Below are positions 17,831 to 29,528 of a DNA stretch of 64,000 nt, piece by piece; within the stretch, counting starts at the first letter, position 1, and every line of letters starts with the position of its first letter. The notes beneath the pieces are model-generated. The model did not search any database. It saw only the letters and a list, made by a program, of their open reading frames with translations, and was not told the DNA's origin. Made by a program: the position numbers and the translations under genes. This stretch comes from Candidatus Eiseniibacteriota bacterium (lineage in GTDB: Bacteria; Eisenbacteria; RBG-16-71-46): positions 8,915 through 72,914 of the forward strand of contig JANMQY010000090.1 of the NCBI GenBank assembly GCA_031370785.1, read 5' to 3'.

Positions 17831-19612
17831 ATGACCGAACGCAGCGCGCCCGGACTCGAAGCCAATGCACACGAAGACGTGCTGCTGCGCACCATTTCGG
17901 CTCTCGGCACCCCCGCCAGCGAGCGATTCCACGCCGCCGACAACTTCAACGACCTGCTGCGCAACGCGACCCGCCACGTGCGACGGCTGGTCAACTGCGA
18001 GACGGTGCGGATCTGGCTCGTGCGCCGCGGCGGGCGGCGCCTGGTCGCGCTCGACTTCCTGGATGACGCCCCGGACAAGCCCGGGACCGAGCGTCGCCAG
18101 AACCAGGGGGAAGGGCTGGCCGGCTGGGTGATCGAGAACGAGCGCTCGTTGCGCATCGATCCGGGCGATCCCCGGCCTCCGCTGCGTGGACCGGTGCCCG
18201 AGTTTCGCTCGGCGCTGGTCATCCCGCTATTCCGCCGGGGCGAGGTGTTTGCGGCGATCGAGTGCCTCGACCGGCGCGACCAGGAGGCGTTCACCGACGC
18301 CGACTTCGACCGCCTCGACGTCGCCTCCGAACACATCGCCTTCGCGCTCGACAACGCGCTGCTCTATCAGGAGACGGAGCGGCGTGCGCTCGAGAAGGAA
18401 GTGCTGCTCGAGATCTCCAAGACCCTGGCGACTCCGTTCGATCTGGAAGAGGTGATCGAGGTCATCCTGAAGTCCTTGCGCCAGGTGGTCTACTACGACG
18501 CCGCGGCGATCTACCTCGTTCACCGAAAGACGCTGGCGCTCGAGATGGTGAGCGCGGTGGGGTATCCCGAGGGCTCGGACGACGCGTTCGATCTTCAGGT
18601 CGGGCAGGGGATCGTTGGCTGGGTGGCGAAGACCGGGCAGGCGGTGATCGTGCCCGAAGTGAACAGCGATCCGCGCTATGTCGCCGCACGCCCGGGAACC
18701 CGAAGCGAGCTGGCCGCGCCGCTCGTCATCGAGGGTCGCACGCTCGGAGTGTTCAACCTCGAGAGCGATACCGATGACGCCTATCACGAGGGCCACCTCG
18801 AGATCCTGGGCGCATTCGCGGCGCAGGCCGCGATCGCGATCGAGCGCGCCCGCACCACGCGCGAGCTGCTCGATCGCCGCCGGCTCGAGAAGGAGCTGGC
18901 GATCGCGCGCGAGATCCAGCTCTCGTTCCTTCCCAAGGCACCGCCGATCGTGCCGGGCTTCGACATCGTCGGCAGCATGAAGGCTCACGACCAGGTTGGC
19001 GGCGACTACTTCGACTTCATCGGAGTCTCGGAAACCCGCCTCGGCCTCGCGATCGCCGATGTGTCGGGCAAGGGTATCCCCGCCGCGCTGATCATGGCCG
19101 GATTCCGGATGTGCCTGCTCGCCGAGATCCGCAACGAGTTCGCGATCCGCGCGGTGATGCACAAGGTGAACTCGCTGCTCTACGAGAGCACCGGCCGCGA
19201 CAAGTTCGTGACCGCGTTCTACGGCGTGCTCGACTTCCAGAACCGGGTGCTGATTTCGTCGAATGCCGGGCACAATCCGCCGATCCTGTTCCGCGCCCGC
19301 GGGCCGATCGAGTACCTGGCAGACGGCGGTGTCGCGCTGGGCGTGCTGCCCGATGCGCGCTACGAAGAGAAGCCGGTGTTCCTCGAGCACGGCGACGTGC
19401 TGGTGCTGTACACCGACGGAGTGACCGAGGCCGAGTCGCCGAGCGGCGAACAGTTCGGCCACACCCGGCTCGAGGCCTGCGTGCGTCGTCTGCTCGGCGC
19501 GAGCAGCCAGCAGATCATGGACGGCATCGTCGAAGAGGTGCGCGCGTTCGGCGCCGAGCGGGGCCCGAGCGACGATCTGACGCTGATGGTGGTTCGGGTC
19601 AAACCCGAATAG
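17831..19612 (+). CDS. GAF-GAF-PP2C (SpoIIE/RsbU-like) serine phosphatase
   Basis: Two GAF domains (LAGWVIENERS...; GIVGWVAKTGQAVIVPEV) are followed by a PPM domain (GGDYFDF...ADVSGKGIPAALIMAG...YTDGVTEA). Confidence 0.85.
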   Translation: MTERSAPGLEANAHEDVLLRTISALGTPASERFHAADNFNDLLRNATRHVRRLVNCETVRIWLVRRGGRRLVALDFLDDAPDKPGTERRQNQGEGLAGWVIENERSLRIDPGDPRPPLRGPVPEFRSALVIPLFRRGEVFAAIECLDRRDQEAFTDADFDRLDVASEHIAFALDNALLYQETERRALEKEVLLEISKTLATPFDLEEVIEVILKSLRQVVYYDAAAIYLVHRKTLALEMVSAVGYPEGSDDAFDLQVGQGIVGWVAKTGQAVIVPEVNSDPRYVAARPGTRSELAAPLVIEGRTLGVFNLESDTDDAYHEGHLEILGAFAAQAAIAIERARTTRELLDRRRLEKELAIAREIQLSFLPKAPPIVPGFDIVGSMKAHDQVGGDYFDFIGVSETRLGLAIADVSGKGIPAALIMAGFRMCLLAEIRNEFAIRAVMHKVNSLLYESTGRDKFVTAFYGVLDFQNRVLISSNAGHNPPILFRARGPIEYLADGGVALGVLPDARYEEKPVFLEHGDVLVLYTDGVTEAESPSGEQFGHTRLEACVRRLLGASSQQIMDGIVEEVRAFGAERGPSDDLTLMVVRVKPE

Positions 19613-19729
19613 GGGTCTCATCCGGGACCGTCGCTGTCAGGGGTTCGGACTCCACACTTCATGCGACGCATGAAGTGCCGGAACCTTGACCATCGCCACC
19701 AATCCCGATAGTCTGCGCCGACCGTCCGT

Positions 19730-20407
19730 TTGACCTCTTCCGGAGCCGCTCTCTTGAAATTCGATCCGCTGGTCATCCTGGCGTTGCCCGTGGTGCTGCT
19801 GAGCATCGTCGTGCACGAGTGCGCCCACGGGGTGATGGCGCTGTGGTGCGGCGACACCACCGCACGGGATCGCGGCCGGCTGACCCTGAACCCGCTCCCT
19901 CACGTGGATCCGATCGGATCCTTGCTCGTGCCCGGACTGCTGTTGCTGTTCCACGCCCCGTTCCTGTTCGGATGGGCGAAGCCTGTTCCCATCAACTGGG
20001 CGAACCTGCGCCACCCGCAGGACGATGCGGTCAAGGTCGCCCTCGCCGGCCCGGCTTCGAACCTGCTGCTGGCCGTGCTGTTCGCCGCTCTCGCGCGGCT
20101 CGCGCCCACGACCGGCTTCTGGTCGCTGCTCCAGACCATGGCCGTAGCCGGCGTGGTGTGGAACTGCGCGCTCGCGATGTTCAACCTGATTCCGATCCCG
20201 CCGCTCGACGGCTCGTGGGTGCTGATGCGCTTTCTCAAGATGCGCCACGTCATCGCGCTCCAGCAATTCCGGCTGGTCGGGATGGCGGTCATCGCGGTGC
20301 TGCTCGGCTCGCGCTTCTTCTCCGGCCTGTTCCTCGTGCCGCTGCGCGCGCTGGTCGTCGGACTGCTGCGCTTCTTCGGAGCGCCGGTCGAGGGCTACGC
20401 GCTGTGA
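19730..20407 (+). CDS. Peptidase M50 (site-2 protease) family membrane metalloprotease
   Basis: HExxH (HECAHG) lies in the first TM region and a second metal-ligand region LIPIPPLDGS is present. 225 aa. TTG start; the true start may be a downstream TTG or GTG. Confidence 0.7.
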   Translation: MTSSGAALLKFDPLVILALPVVLLSIVVHECAHGVMALWCGDTTARDRGRLTLNPLPHVDPIGSLLVPGLLLLFHAPFLFGWAKPVPINWANLRHPQDDAVKVALAGPASNLLLAVLFAALARLAPTTGFWSLLQTMAVAGVVWNCALAMFNLIPIPPLDGSWVLMRFLKMRHVIALQQFRLVGMAVIAVLLGSRFFSGLFLVPLRALVVGLLRFFGAPVEGYAL

Positions 20408-21450
20408 AGACCGGCCGCATCCTGTCCGGCATGCGTCCCACCGGGCGCCTGCACCTGGGCAACTACGTCGGCGCGCTCGAGAACTGGGTGCGACTCCAGA
20501 ACGAGGGCTGGGAAAATCTGCACATGGTGGCGGACTGGCACATGCTCACTACCGGCCACGAGGACACTTCGCGACTCCAGGCCGACACCTTCGACATGGT
20601 GCTCGACTGGCTGGCGGCCGGCCTCGACCCCGCGAAGAGCGTGATCTTCGTGCAGAGCCACGTGAAGGAGCATGCCGAGCTCCATCTGCTGCTCTCGATG
20701 CTGGTGAGCAAGGCGCGTCTCGAGCGCATCCCCACGCTCAAGGAGCAGATCCGCGATCTGCACCTCGACGAGCAGACGATCTCCTACGGACACCTGGGCT
20801 ACTCGGTGCTGCAGGCGGCCGACATCCTGCTCTATCGAGCCACTCACGTTCCGGTGGGCGAGGATCAGGTGCCGCACGTCGAGCTGACGCGCGAGCTCGC
20901 GCGGCGCTTCAATTTCCTCTACTGCCAGAATCGTCCGCCGGTGTTCCCGGAACCCGAGGCAATGCTCACCGCCTTCGCGCGCCTGCGCGGCAACGACGGC
21001 GATCGCATGAGCAAGTCGGCGGGCAATGCGCTGATGCTCGCGGCCGAGCCCGCGGAGATCGGCACCTACGTGCACGCCGCGTACACCGACCCGAAGAAGC
21101 TGCGCAAGAACGACCCCGGGCGTCCCGAGGCAGATCCGAGCGACGGACACGGCGGGTGCGTGGTGTGGGAATACCACCGCAAGTTCAATCCGACCGGCGC
21201 CGAAGAGATCGCACGTCTGTGCCGCGCCGGCGAGCTGGGCTGCGTCGACGACAAGAAGAACCTGACCAGGGTTCTGGTCGAGGCGCTGGCTCCGATCCGC
21301 GAGCGCCGCGCGCGCTGGGCGGCCGAACCGGATTCGGTGCGCGACGTGATCCAGGAAGGCGATCGCCGCGCGCGTCGAGTCGCGGAAGCCACCATGGAGC
21401 AGATTCGTAGCGCGATGGGCCTGGCTTCGGGCGCCGAGGTCATGCGATGA
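20404..21450 (+). CDS. trpS: Tryptophan--tRNA ligase
   Basis: ILSGMRPTGRLHLGNYVGAL (HIGH-type) and KMSKS-like DGDRMSKSAGN. GTG overlaps the M50 stop (GTGA). The ORF-track entry 19819..21450 is an upstream frame extension. Confidence 0.9.
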   Translation: MKTGRILSGMRPTGRLHLGNYVGALENWVRLQNEGWENLHMVADWHMLTTGHEDTSRLQADTFDMVLDWLAAGLDPAKSVIFVQSHVKEHAELHLLLSMLVSKARLERIPTLKEQIRDLHLDEQTISYGHLGYSVLQAADILLYRATHVPVGEDQVPHVELTRELARRFNFLYCQNRPPVFPEPEAMLTAFARLRGNDGDRMSKSAGNALMLAAEPAEIGTYVHAAYTDPKKLRKNDPGRPEADPSDGHGGCVVWEYHRKFNPTGAEEIARLCRAGELGCVDDKKNLTRVLVEALAPIRERRARWAAEPDSVRDVIQEGDRRARRVAEATMEQIRSAMGLASGAEVMR

Positions 21451-22244
21451 GCGAGCGGAACGACGAGCGCGACAAGGAGCGCGCTGCTCAGGGCGCGCCG
21501 CGCCTCGGGCCGGCCAGCGTGACCGTCAAGCTCGAGCGCTTCGAGGGCCCGCTCGACCTGCTGCTCCACCTGATCAAGCGCGACGAGATCAACGTCCACG
21601 ACATTCCGATCGCGCATATCACCCAGCAATACCTCGCCTACATCGAGCTGATGCGCTCGCTCGATCTCGAGGTCGCCGGCGAGTTCCTGGTCATGGCCGC
21701 GACCCTCATGCGCATCAAGGCCAAGATGCTGCTCCCGCTGCCGGCAGTGGGCGAGGAGGAGGACGAGGGCGATCCGCGCGAGGAGCTGGTGCAGCGTCTG
21801 CTCGAGTACCGCCAGTTCAAGGAGGCAGCCGGCACGCTCAAGCTGCGCGAAGCCGACCGCAGGCTGCTGTTCGAGCGCGGCATGCTGCCGGCCGAGGAGG
21901 ATGCGGGACCGCTGCCGCTCGCGCCCGCGAGCCTGTTCGACCTGCTCGATGCGCTGAATCGCGTGATGTCGCGGGTGCCGGACACGGTTCCCTACGACGT
22001 GCAGACCGATACATACGATGTCGAGGACCAGATGTCCCTGATTGCGAGCACCGTCGCCGAGCGGGGCTCGGTCTCGTTCACCGAATTGTTGCTGCGCTGC
22101 CGGGCACGCGGCGAGATGATCGTGGCGTTCATGGCGCTGCTCGAGCTCATCAAGCTCGGCGTGGTGGGCGTGATTCAGGGCGAGAACTTCAGCGACATCC
22201 TGATCGTCGCACTCACGCGGGAAGGAACCGATGCCTCCACCTAA
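21447..22244 (+). CDS. scpA: Segregation and condensation protein A
   Basis: VKLERFEGPLDLLLHLIKRDEINVHDIPIAHITQQYL is the ScpA signature. ATG overlaps the trpS stop. Confidence 0.85.
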   Translation: MSERNDERDKERAAQGAPRLGPASVTVKLERFEGPLDLLLHLIKRDEINVHDIPIAHITQQYLAYIELMRSLDLEVAGEFLVMAATLMRIKAKMLLPLPAVGEEEDEGDPREELVQRLLEYRQFKEAAGTLKLREADRRLLFERGMLPAEEDAGPLPLAPASLFDLLDALNRVMSRVPDTVPYDVQTDTYDVEDQMSLIASTVAERGSVSFTELLLRCRARGEMIVAFMALLELIKLGVVGVIQGENFSDILIVALTREGTDAST

Positions 22245-22997
22245 TCTGCAAGCCGCGATCGAAGCGCTGCTGTTCTCGAGCGATCAACCCCTGCCCCTCA
22301 CCCTGATCACCGAGTCGCTCGAGAGCGAGCCGCAGCGGGTCGCCGAGGCGCTGCGCACGCTGGGCGAGTCGTACGCCTCGCGCGACGCCGGCGTCGAGCT
22401 GCGCGAGATCGCAGGCGGCTGGATGCTGGTCACCACGCAGGCGCAGGCGGAGTGGGTGGGACGCATGCTGCGCGGCAAGCGGCGCATGCGCCTGTCGCGT
22501 CCCGCGCTCGAGACGCTCGCGATCATCGCGTACAAGCAGCCGGTGACCAAGTCCGAGGTCGAGGCGATTCGCGGCGTGGATGCAAGCGGGGTGCTCGCCA
22601 CATTGCTCGAGCGCAACCTCGTGACCATCCGCGGCCGCTCCAAGGTGATCGGTCGCCCGCTCCTCTACGGAACCACGCCCGAGTTCCTCGACTACTTCGG
22701 GCTGCGCGATCTGCAGGAACTGCCTCGTCCCGAGGAGCTGCGCGCGCTGGTTGCAGCCCGCGAGCCGGAACAGCTCGAGATGATGGAGATCGAAGTGGTC
22801 TCGCAGGTCGCCACCGACCTCGCCACCAGCGAGGTCGCCTCGGAGATGGCCGAAGGCCGTCACGAGATCGAGCCACTCGACCGGGACGAGACGCCGCGAT
22901 CGGGCGGCGATATCGGTGTTGGATCTGACGAGGGCGACGAAGAGGAGCACTCCGAGCACGATCCGTCCGAAATGGCCGAGAGGGAATCGGGCCGCTC

Positions 22998-23001
<4 letters not shown>
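22231..23001 (+). CDS. scpB: Segregation and condensation protein B
   Basis: AIEALLFSSDQPLPL...GGWMLVTT...AIIAYKQPVTKSEVEAIRGVD is an ScpB winged-helix pair with an acidic C-tail. It overlaps scpA by 14 nt. Confidence 0.85.
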
Positions 23002-24836
<1,835 letters not shown>

Positions 24837-25093
24837 AGGCATTGCGGCGTACGCCCGTAGATCGATCTTTTGAGATTCTGCTGGAGTTAGGACTGCCTGG
24901 CGTGAAATCGTCATGTGGTTCGGAACGCTTCGTGCGGTGTACGGGGCGCTTCGACGCCATCCGCGGGCCAGGACGGACCGCATGCAGCGCCGCACGGACG
25001 CCGATCTTCCGTTTTCGCGACACCTCAGAGGCGTCCGTGCAGATCGATCGCATCCCGATTCCAGCCGCCGACCACGAACTTACTGGAACGGCG

Positions 25094-25597
25094 ATGGCGC
25101 CCATCGGGGTAGAAGATGCCGACCGCCTCGGGGAGGCGGGGGTACGCCTGCGACTTTCGTGGCGCGGCGCGCTGGCGGTGATCGCCGGTGCACTCAGCCT
25201 GCTCGGTCAGGGCGAGCGCTATCGAGTCGATCCGCGATTCGTCTCGCCGAGCTCGACAATCGCGAACTACTGGGCGGCGCTGCGCCGGGATGACGAGCAG
25301 GCGGCATCGGAGTGTCTGGTGGCAGGAAATCCCGAGGTGCCCGAGCCGGGCACGCTGTGGTTCCTTCCGCCAACCACCGATCTGACGCTGACCGCGTTTC
25401 ACTCGCTTCCGATCACCGCGGGTCGCGTGCTGGTGCGATACGAGGTGCGCTATCGCCCGGTTGGCGTGCGCATCGAGCAGCGCTTCGTAACCGGGAGCGA
25501 GCTGGTGCGCGAGCGCGGCGAATGGCGAATCGTGCGCGCGCTGGGCGAGGCGAGCATGCCGGAGTGGAAGCCGATTCCCCGAACGGTTGACATCTGA
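25094..25597 (+). CDS. Hypothetical membrane-anchored protein
   Basis: 167 aa from ATG 25094 with one TM helix (ALAVIAGALSLLG). The ORF-track frame begins at 24842, but that 5' part is lower-GC and looks non-coding. No family recognised. Confidence 0.4.
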   Translation: MAPIGVEDADRLGEAGVRLRLSWRGALAVIAGALSLLGQGERYRVDPRFVSPSSTIANYWAALRRDDEQAASECLVAGNPEVPEPGTLWFLPPTTDLTLTAFHSLPITAGRVLVRYEVRYRPVGVRIEQRFVTGSELVRERGEWRIVRALGEASMPEWKPIPRTVDI

Positions 25598-25655
25598 TCC
25601 GAGGCACACTTAGGCTCATTCTCGGCCGGGATTCGGTACCACTTTCGAGGGTCGA

Positions 25656-26771
25656 ATGACGCGCATGCTCCACCGCTCCTTGCTGCTGATCGCGCTTCTC
25701 TCCATCGCCGCGCCGGCCCACGCCACCAAGTACGCTGGCGAGTTCATGAAGATCCCGGTCGGCCCGCGCGCCATCGGCATGGGCGGTGCGTTCACCGGCG
25801 TGTGCGACGATGCGACCGCCGCGTTCTGGAATCCGGCGGGCATGGTCTATCTGCCCTACCGCGAGGCGTTGTTTCAGCACGCCGAGCAGTTCGGCAGCCT
25901 CGAGAACCACGACTACCTCGCGGCGGTGTTTCCGCTCGGCGGCGAGAAGGAAAAGCGCTCCGCGCTCGGCGTATCGCTGGTGCGCCTCGGAATCGACGAG
26001 ATCCCGATCACGCCGCGCCCGGGCAGCCTGAGGGCCGGGATCGATTTCCTCGACTACGGCACCGACAACGATCCGACCACGCCCGGCAACGGCCAGGGCA
26101 ATGGTATCTGGGATCCGGGCGAGCGCCTGCTGCTCACCACCGACAACCTGTTCATGGCCTCGAGCTCGGACATGGTGGGAACGATTTCCTACGCGCGCCA
26201 GCACGGCAAGCGCTGGACGTTCGGAGGGAACCTCAAGTTCGTGCGGCAGAGCCTTCCGGACACGGTGCCCGGGCATCACGTCACCTCATTCGGCGCCGGT
26301 TTGGACGTCGGCGCGAACTACATGCCGAGCGACGCGATCACCATCGGCGCGGTGGTGCACGATCTGACCACGACCTACCTCTCGTGGAGCAACGGCTCGC
26401 GCGAGCTGGTCGTCCCGACGCTCGAGACCGGCGCGGGCTTCAACTTCTTCCCGGCCGAGCGCCATGCGCTGACCTGGGGCCTGGACATGGGATGGACGTT
26501 CGACGGACGCAGACTCGACGGCCAGGTCGTGACCTCGCGCACCGGGGTGACGTTCCGTACCGGACTGGAATACTGGTACCGAAGCATGTTCGCACTGCGC
26601 ACCGGCGTGAACGGCAAGGACCTGACCTTCGGCGCGGGGCTGCGCTACAAGCAGGTCGGTGTGGACTACGCCGCCTCGCTCAATCGTTTCTTCGCCGGCG
26701 ACGATCCGGCGTTCCCGTCGGACCAGAATCTCGATACCACCCACCTGGTTTCGCTCGGGCTCAACTGGTAG
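25656..26771 (+). CDS. Outer-membrane beta-barrel protein (PorV/UPF0164-like)
   Basis: Signal peptide, then YAGEFMKIPVGPRAIGMGGAFTGVCDDATAAFWNPAGM, the hallmark N-terminal motif of PorV/LptO-type barrels. Alternating beta-strand pattern and a C-terminal aromatic (...SLGLNW). Confidence 0.7.
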   Translation: MTRMLHRSLLLIALLSIAAPAHATKYAGEFMKIPVGPRAIGMGGAFTGVCDDATAAFWNPAGMVYLPYREALFQHAEQFGSLENHDYLAAVFPLGGEKEKRSALGVSLVRLGIDEIPITPRPGSLRAGIDFLDYGTDNDPTTPGNGQGNGIWDPGERLLLTTDNLFMASSSDMVGTISYARQHGKRWTFGGNLKFVRQSLPDTVPGHHVTSFGAGLDVGANYMPSDAITIGAVVHDLTTTYLSWSNGSRELVVPTLETGAGFNFFPAERHALTWGLDMGWTFDGRRLDGQVVTSRTGVTFRTGLEYWYRSMFALRTGVNGKDLTFGAGLRYKQVGVDYAASLNRFFAGDDPAFPSDQNLDTTHLVSLGLNW

Positions 26772-26913
26772 ACACGAAGCCTCTCGAACCGCCGCGGCGA
26801 GACACGCGCCGCGGCGGTTCTGCTTTGATGGGCGCGCGACCTTGACTTGGTCGGGGGCGGTTCCTAGTGTGCGCGATCTGTGTCATTCGGTGTGATCAGG
26901 GCTCGGAGGACTC

Positions 26914-28173
26914 GTGCGGCAGGTCATGGCGCTGGTGCTGTCGGGCGGCGGGGGCGAGCGCCTGAGCGTCCTTTCGGCCGAGCGAGCGGTGAGCGCGATC
27001 CCGTTCGGCGGCAAGTACCGGATCGTGGACTTCGTGCTCAGCAACTGCTGCCATTCCGAGATCGAGCAGGTCGGCGTCATCACCCAGCACGCACCGACCT
27101 CGCTCCACGATCACATCGGCGCCGGCCGGCCGTGGGACCTCGACCGCCGCAGCGGCGGGGTGGTGGTGCTGCAGCCCTACCTCACGCGCAGCAACGCGGG
27201 CTGGTACCGCGGCACCGCCGACGCGATCGCCCAGAACCTCGACGTCGTCGAATCGCGTGGCTGCGATCGCATCCTGGTGCTGAGCGGCGACCATGTGTAC
27301 CGCATGGACTACCGCGCTCTGATCCAGTCGCACGAGCAGCAGGGCGCCGCGGTGACCATCGGCGTGGTCCGGGTGCCGCCGGACCAGACACGACGCTTCG
27401 GCATGGCAACGATCGATGACGCGGGCCGTGTCACCGCGCTCATCGAGAAGCCGGAGCGGGCCGAGACGCCGTTCGCCTCGATGGGGATCTACCTGTTCGA
27501 GACCAGCGTGCTGCGAGAGCTGCTGCGCGGGCGTCCGGTGGATCTGGTGATGGATGTGCTCCGCCCGCTGCTCGAGAGCGGTGGGCGTGTGGCGGCCCAC
27601 GTCTTCAGTGGATACTGGGATGACGTCGGCACGGTCGGGTCCTACTACCGCGCGAATCAGGAGCTGGTGGCGACCGAGCCACGCCTGGTGCTGCACGACC
27701 GGCGCTGGCCGATCCTGACCCGCGACGAAGAGCGGCCCCCGGTGCTGATGCTCGATGGCGCGGAGATCGACGACAGCGTCATTGCCAACGGATGCCGGAT
27801 CGCGGGCCGGGTGCGGCGCTCGGTGCTGTTCCCCGGAGTGAACGTGGAGCGCGGCGCCGAGATCGTCGACTCGATCGTGCTGGCCGACGTGACGGTCGGT
27901 TCCGGAGCGCGGATCGAACGATCGATCCTCGACAAGTACGTGAAGGTGGGGGGCGGAGCGCGCGTCGGCTCGGCGCGCGGCGAGCCGGCTCCCGGAATGG
28001 AATGGCTCGAGGGGCTGACGCTGGTGGGGAAGGATGCGGTGCTGCCGGAGGGTCTGCGCGTCGCGGCCAGCGCGGTGATCGGCCACGGCGCCGCGCCCGA
28101 GGATTTCACGTCGGGCTCGGTCGGGCCCGGCACGCTCACTCCGAATCGCACGTGGTACGGGGAGGGAGCGTGA
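26914..28173 (+). CDS. glgD: Glucose-1-phosphate adenylyltransferase paralog (divergent, possibly regulatory GlgD-like subunit)
   Basis: ADP-Glc pyrophosphorylase fold (SGGGGERL...[17 protein letters not shown]...[11 protein letters not shown]) plus a C-terminal LbH domain. The conserved RAKPAV is changed to RAVSAI. GGAGGA RBS precedes GTG 26914. Confidence 0.8.
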   Translation: MRQVMALVLSGGGGERLSVLSAERAVSAIPFGGKYRIVDFVLSNCCHSEIEQVGVITQHAPTSLHDHIGAGRPWDLDRRSGGVVVLQPYLTRSNAGWYRGTADAIAQNLDVVESRGCDRILVLSGDHVYRMDYRALIQSHEQQGAAVTIGVVRVPPDQTRRFGMATIDDAGRVTALIEKPERAETPFASMGIYLFETSVLRELLRGRPVDLVMDVLRPLLESGGRVAAHVFSGYWDDVGTVGSYYRANQELVATEPRLVLHDRRWPILTRDEERPPVLMLDGAEIDDSVIANGCRIAGRVRRSVLFPGVNVERGAEIVDSIVLADVTVGSGARIERSILDKYVKVGGGARVGSARGEPAPGMEWLEGLTLVGKDAVLPEGLRVAASAVIGHGAAPEDFTSGSVGPGTLTPNRTWYGEGA

Positions 28174-29447
28174 ACAGCTCGCGCTATGCCTTCATCCTCG
28201 CCGGTGGCGTCGGAAGCCGGCTATGCCTGCTGAGCGAGCGGCGCGCCAAGCCGGCGGTGCCGTTCGGCGGCAAGTACCGGATCATCGACTTCACGCTTTC
28301 GAACTGCGTGAACTCGGGGCTGTTCGACATCGGCGTGCTCACCCAGTACCGGCCCACTTCGCTCAACCAGCACATCGGTACCGGCCGGCCGTGGGACCTG
28401 GATCGCGAGCGCGGCGGCGTGCAGATCCTGCAGCCCTCGCTCGGCTCGCTGCAGAGCGACTGGTACCAGGGCACGGCCGACGCGATCTACCGGAACCTGA
28501 TCCACCTGCGCCGGCGCAATTCGGACGAGGTGCTGGTGCTGTCCGGGGACCACGTCTACCGCATGGACTACAACGTGCTCTATGCGTTTCACGCGGCGCA
28601 GCGCGCGTCGGTGACGGTGGCGGTCACCGAGGTGCCGGCGGAGGCGGTCAATCAATTCGGGATCCTGGAGACCGAGCCCGGCGGGCGCGTGGTCGGCTTC
28701 CAGGAGAAGCCGAAGAGCGCGGCCTCGAGGCTGGCCTCGATGGGGGTGTACCTGTTCGATCGCAGGGCGCTGATCCGCTGGCTGGTCGAGGACGCGGCGA
28801 TGGCGGAATCGAGCCACGATTTCGGCAAGGATCTGCTGCCGCGCCTGGTGGCACGCGGCGAGGCGGTCTACGCGTATCGCTTCCCTGACTACTGGCAGGA
28901 CGTGGGGACGCTCGACTCGTACTACGAGTCGAACATGGCGTTCCTCTCGGACGCGCCGCCGCTCGCGCTCAACGACAGCGACTGGACGCTGCACACCCAG
29001 AGCGCCGACCGCCCGGCGGTGCGCTTCGAGCATGGCTGCCGCGTGGAGCGAAGCGCGATCGCCAACGGCAGCCGCATCGCTGGTGAAGTGGTGCGTTCGG
29101 TGCTGTTCCCCGGCGTCTCGGTCGAGAAGGGCGCGGTGGTGCGCGACAGCATCGTCATGCACGACACGGTCGTCGGTGCGGGTGCGGCGCTGGATCGCGC
29201 CATCGTCGACAAGGAGGTGCACGTCGGCGCGGGGGCGCGGCTCGGACACGGAGACCCCAGCATTCCGAACCGCGCCTGCCCAGAACACCTGTGGAGCGGG
29301 CTGAGTGTGGTCGGCCGCGGCGCCGAGCTGCCGGAAGGGGTGACGGTCGGGCGCAACGCGCGCATCGGGGCGTTCGTCGAGCGCGAGGACATCACCGCCG
29401 ACGTGCCCGACGGGGGCGTGGTCGACGGTCCGGAGTCGAGGCACTGA
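28170..29447 (+). CDS. glgC: Glucose-1-phosphate adenylyltransferase
   Basis: Canonical motifs [41 protein letters not shown] and a C-terminal LbH domain. GTG overlaps the stop of the upstream paralog. Confidence 0.9.
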   Translation: MNSSRYAFILAGGVGSRLCLLSERRAKPAVPFGGKYRIIDFTLSNCVNSGLFDIGVLTQYRPTSLNQHIGTGRPWDLDRERGGVQILQPSLGSLQSDWYQGTADAIYRNLIHLRRRNSDEVLVLSGDHVYRMDYNVLYAFHAAQRASVTVAVTEVPAEAVNQFGILETEPGGRVVGFQEKPKSAASRLASMGVYLFDRRALIRWLVEDAAMAESSHDFGKDLLPRLVARGEAVYAYRFPDYWQDVGTLDSYYESNMAFLSDAPPLALNDSDWTLHTQSADRPAVRFEHGCRVERSAIANGSRIAGEVVRSVLFPGVSVEKGAVVRDSIVMHDTVVGAGAALDRAIVDKEVHVGAGARLGHGDPSIPNRACPEHLWSGLSVVGRGAELPEGVTVGRNARIGAFVEREDITADVPDGGVVDGPESRH

Positions 29448-29469
29448 GCCGAGCGTGCCGCCGGAAAAC

Positions 29470-29504
29470 GTTCGAGGCGTCCTGAGATCCAGGACGCCTC
29501 GAAC
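29470..29504. terminator. Bidirectional rho-independent terminator between convergent glgC and mltD
   Basis: Perfect 15-bp inverted repeat gttcgaggcgtcctg-agatc-caggacgcctcgaac. It is flanked by a T-run on the minus strand (cgttttcc) and a weaker catttc on the plus strand. Confidence 0.6.
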
Positions 29505-29528
29505 CATTTCGGTGCAGCGTGCAGCCGC

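Noticed and set aside
24842-25093. 5' extension of the hypothetical ORF (track start 24842)
   Set aside because: This stretch is markedly lower in GC and lacks third-position GC bias, unlike all confident CDSs here. It is more likely intergenic or UTR, and the ORF probably starts at ATG 25094.
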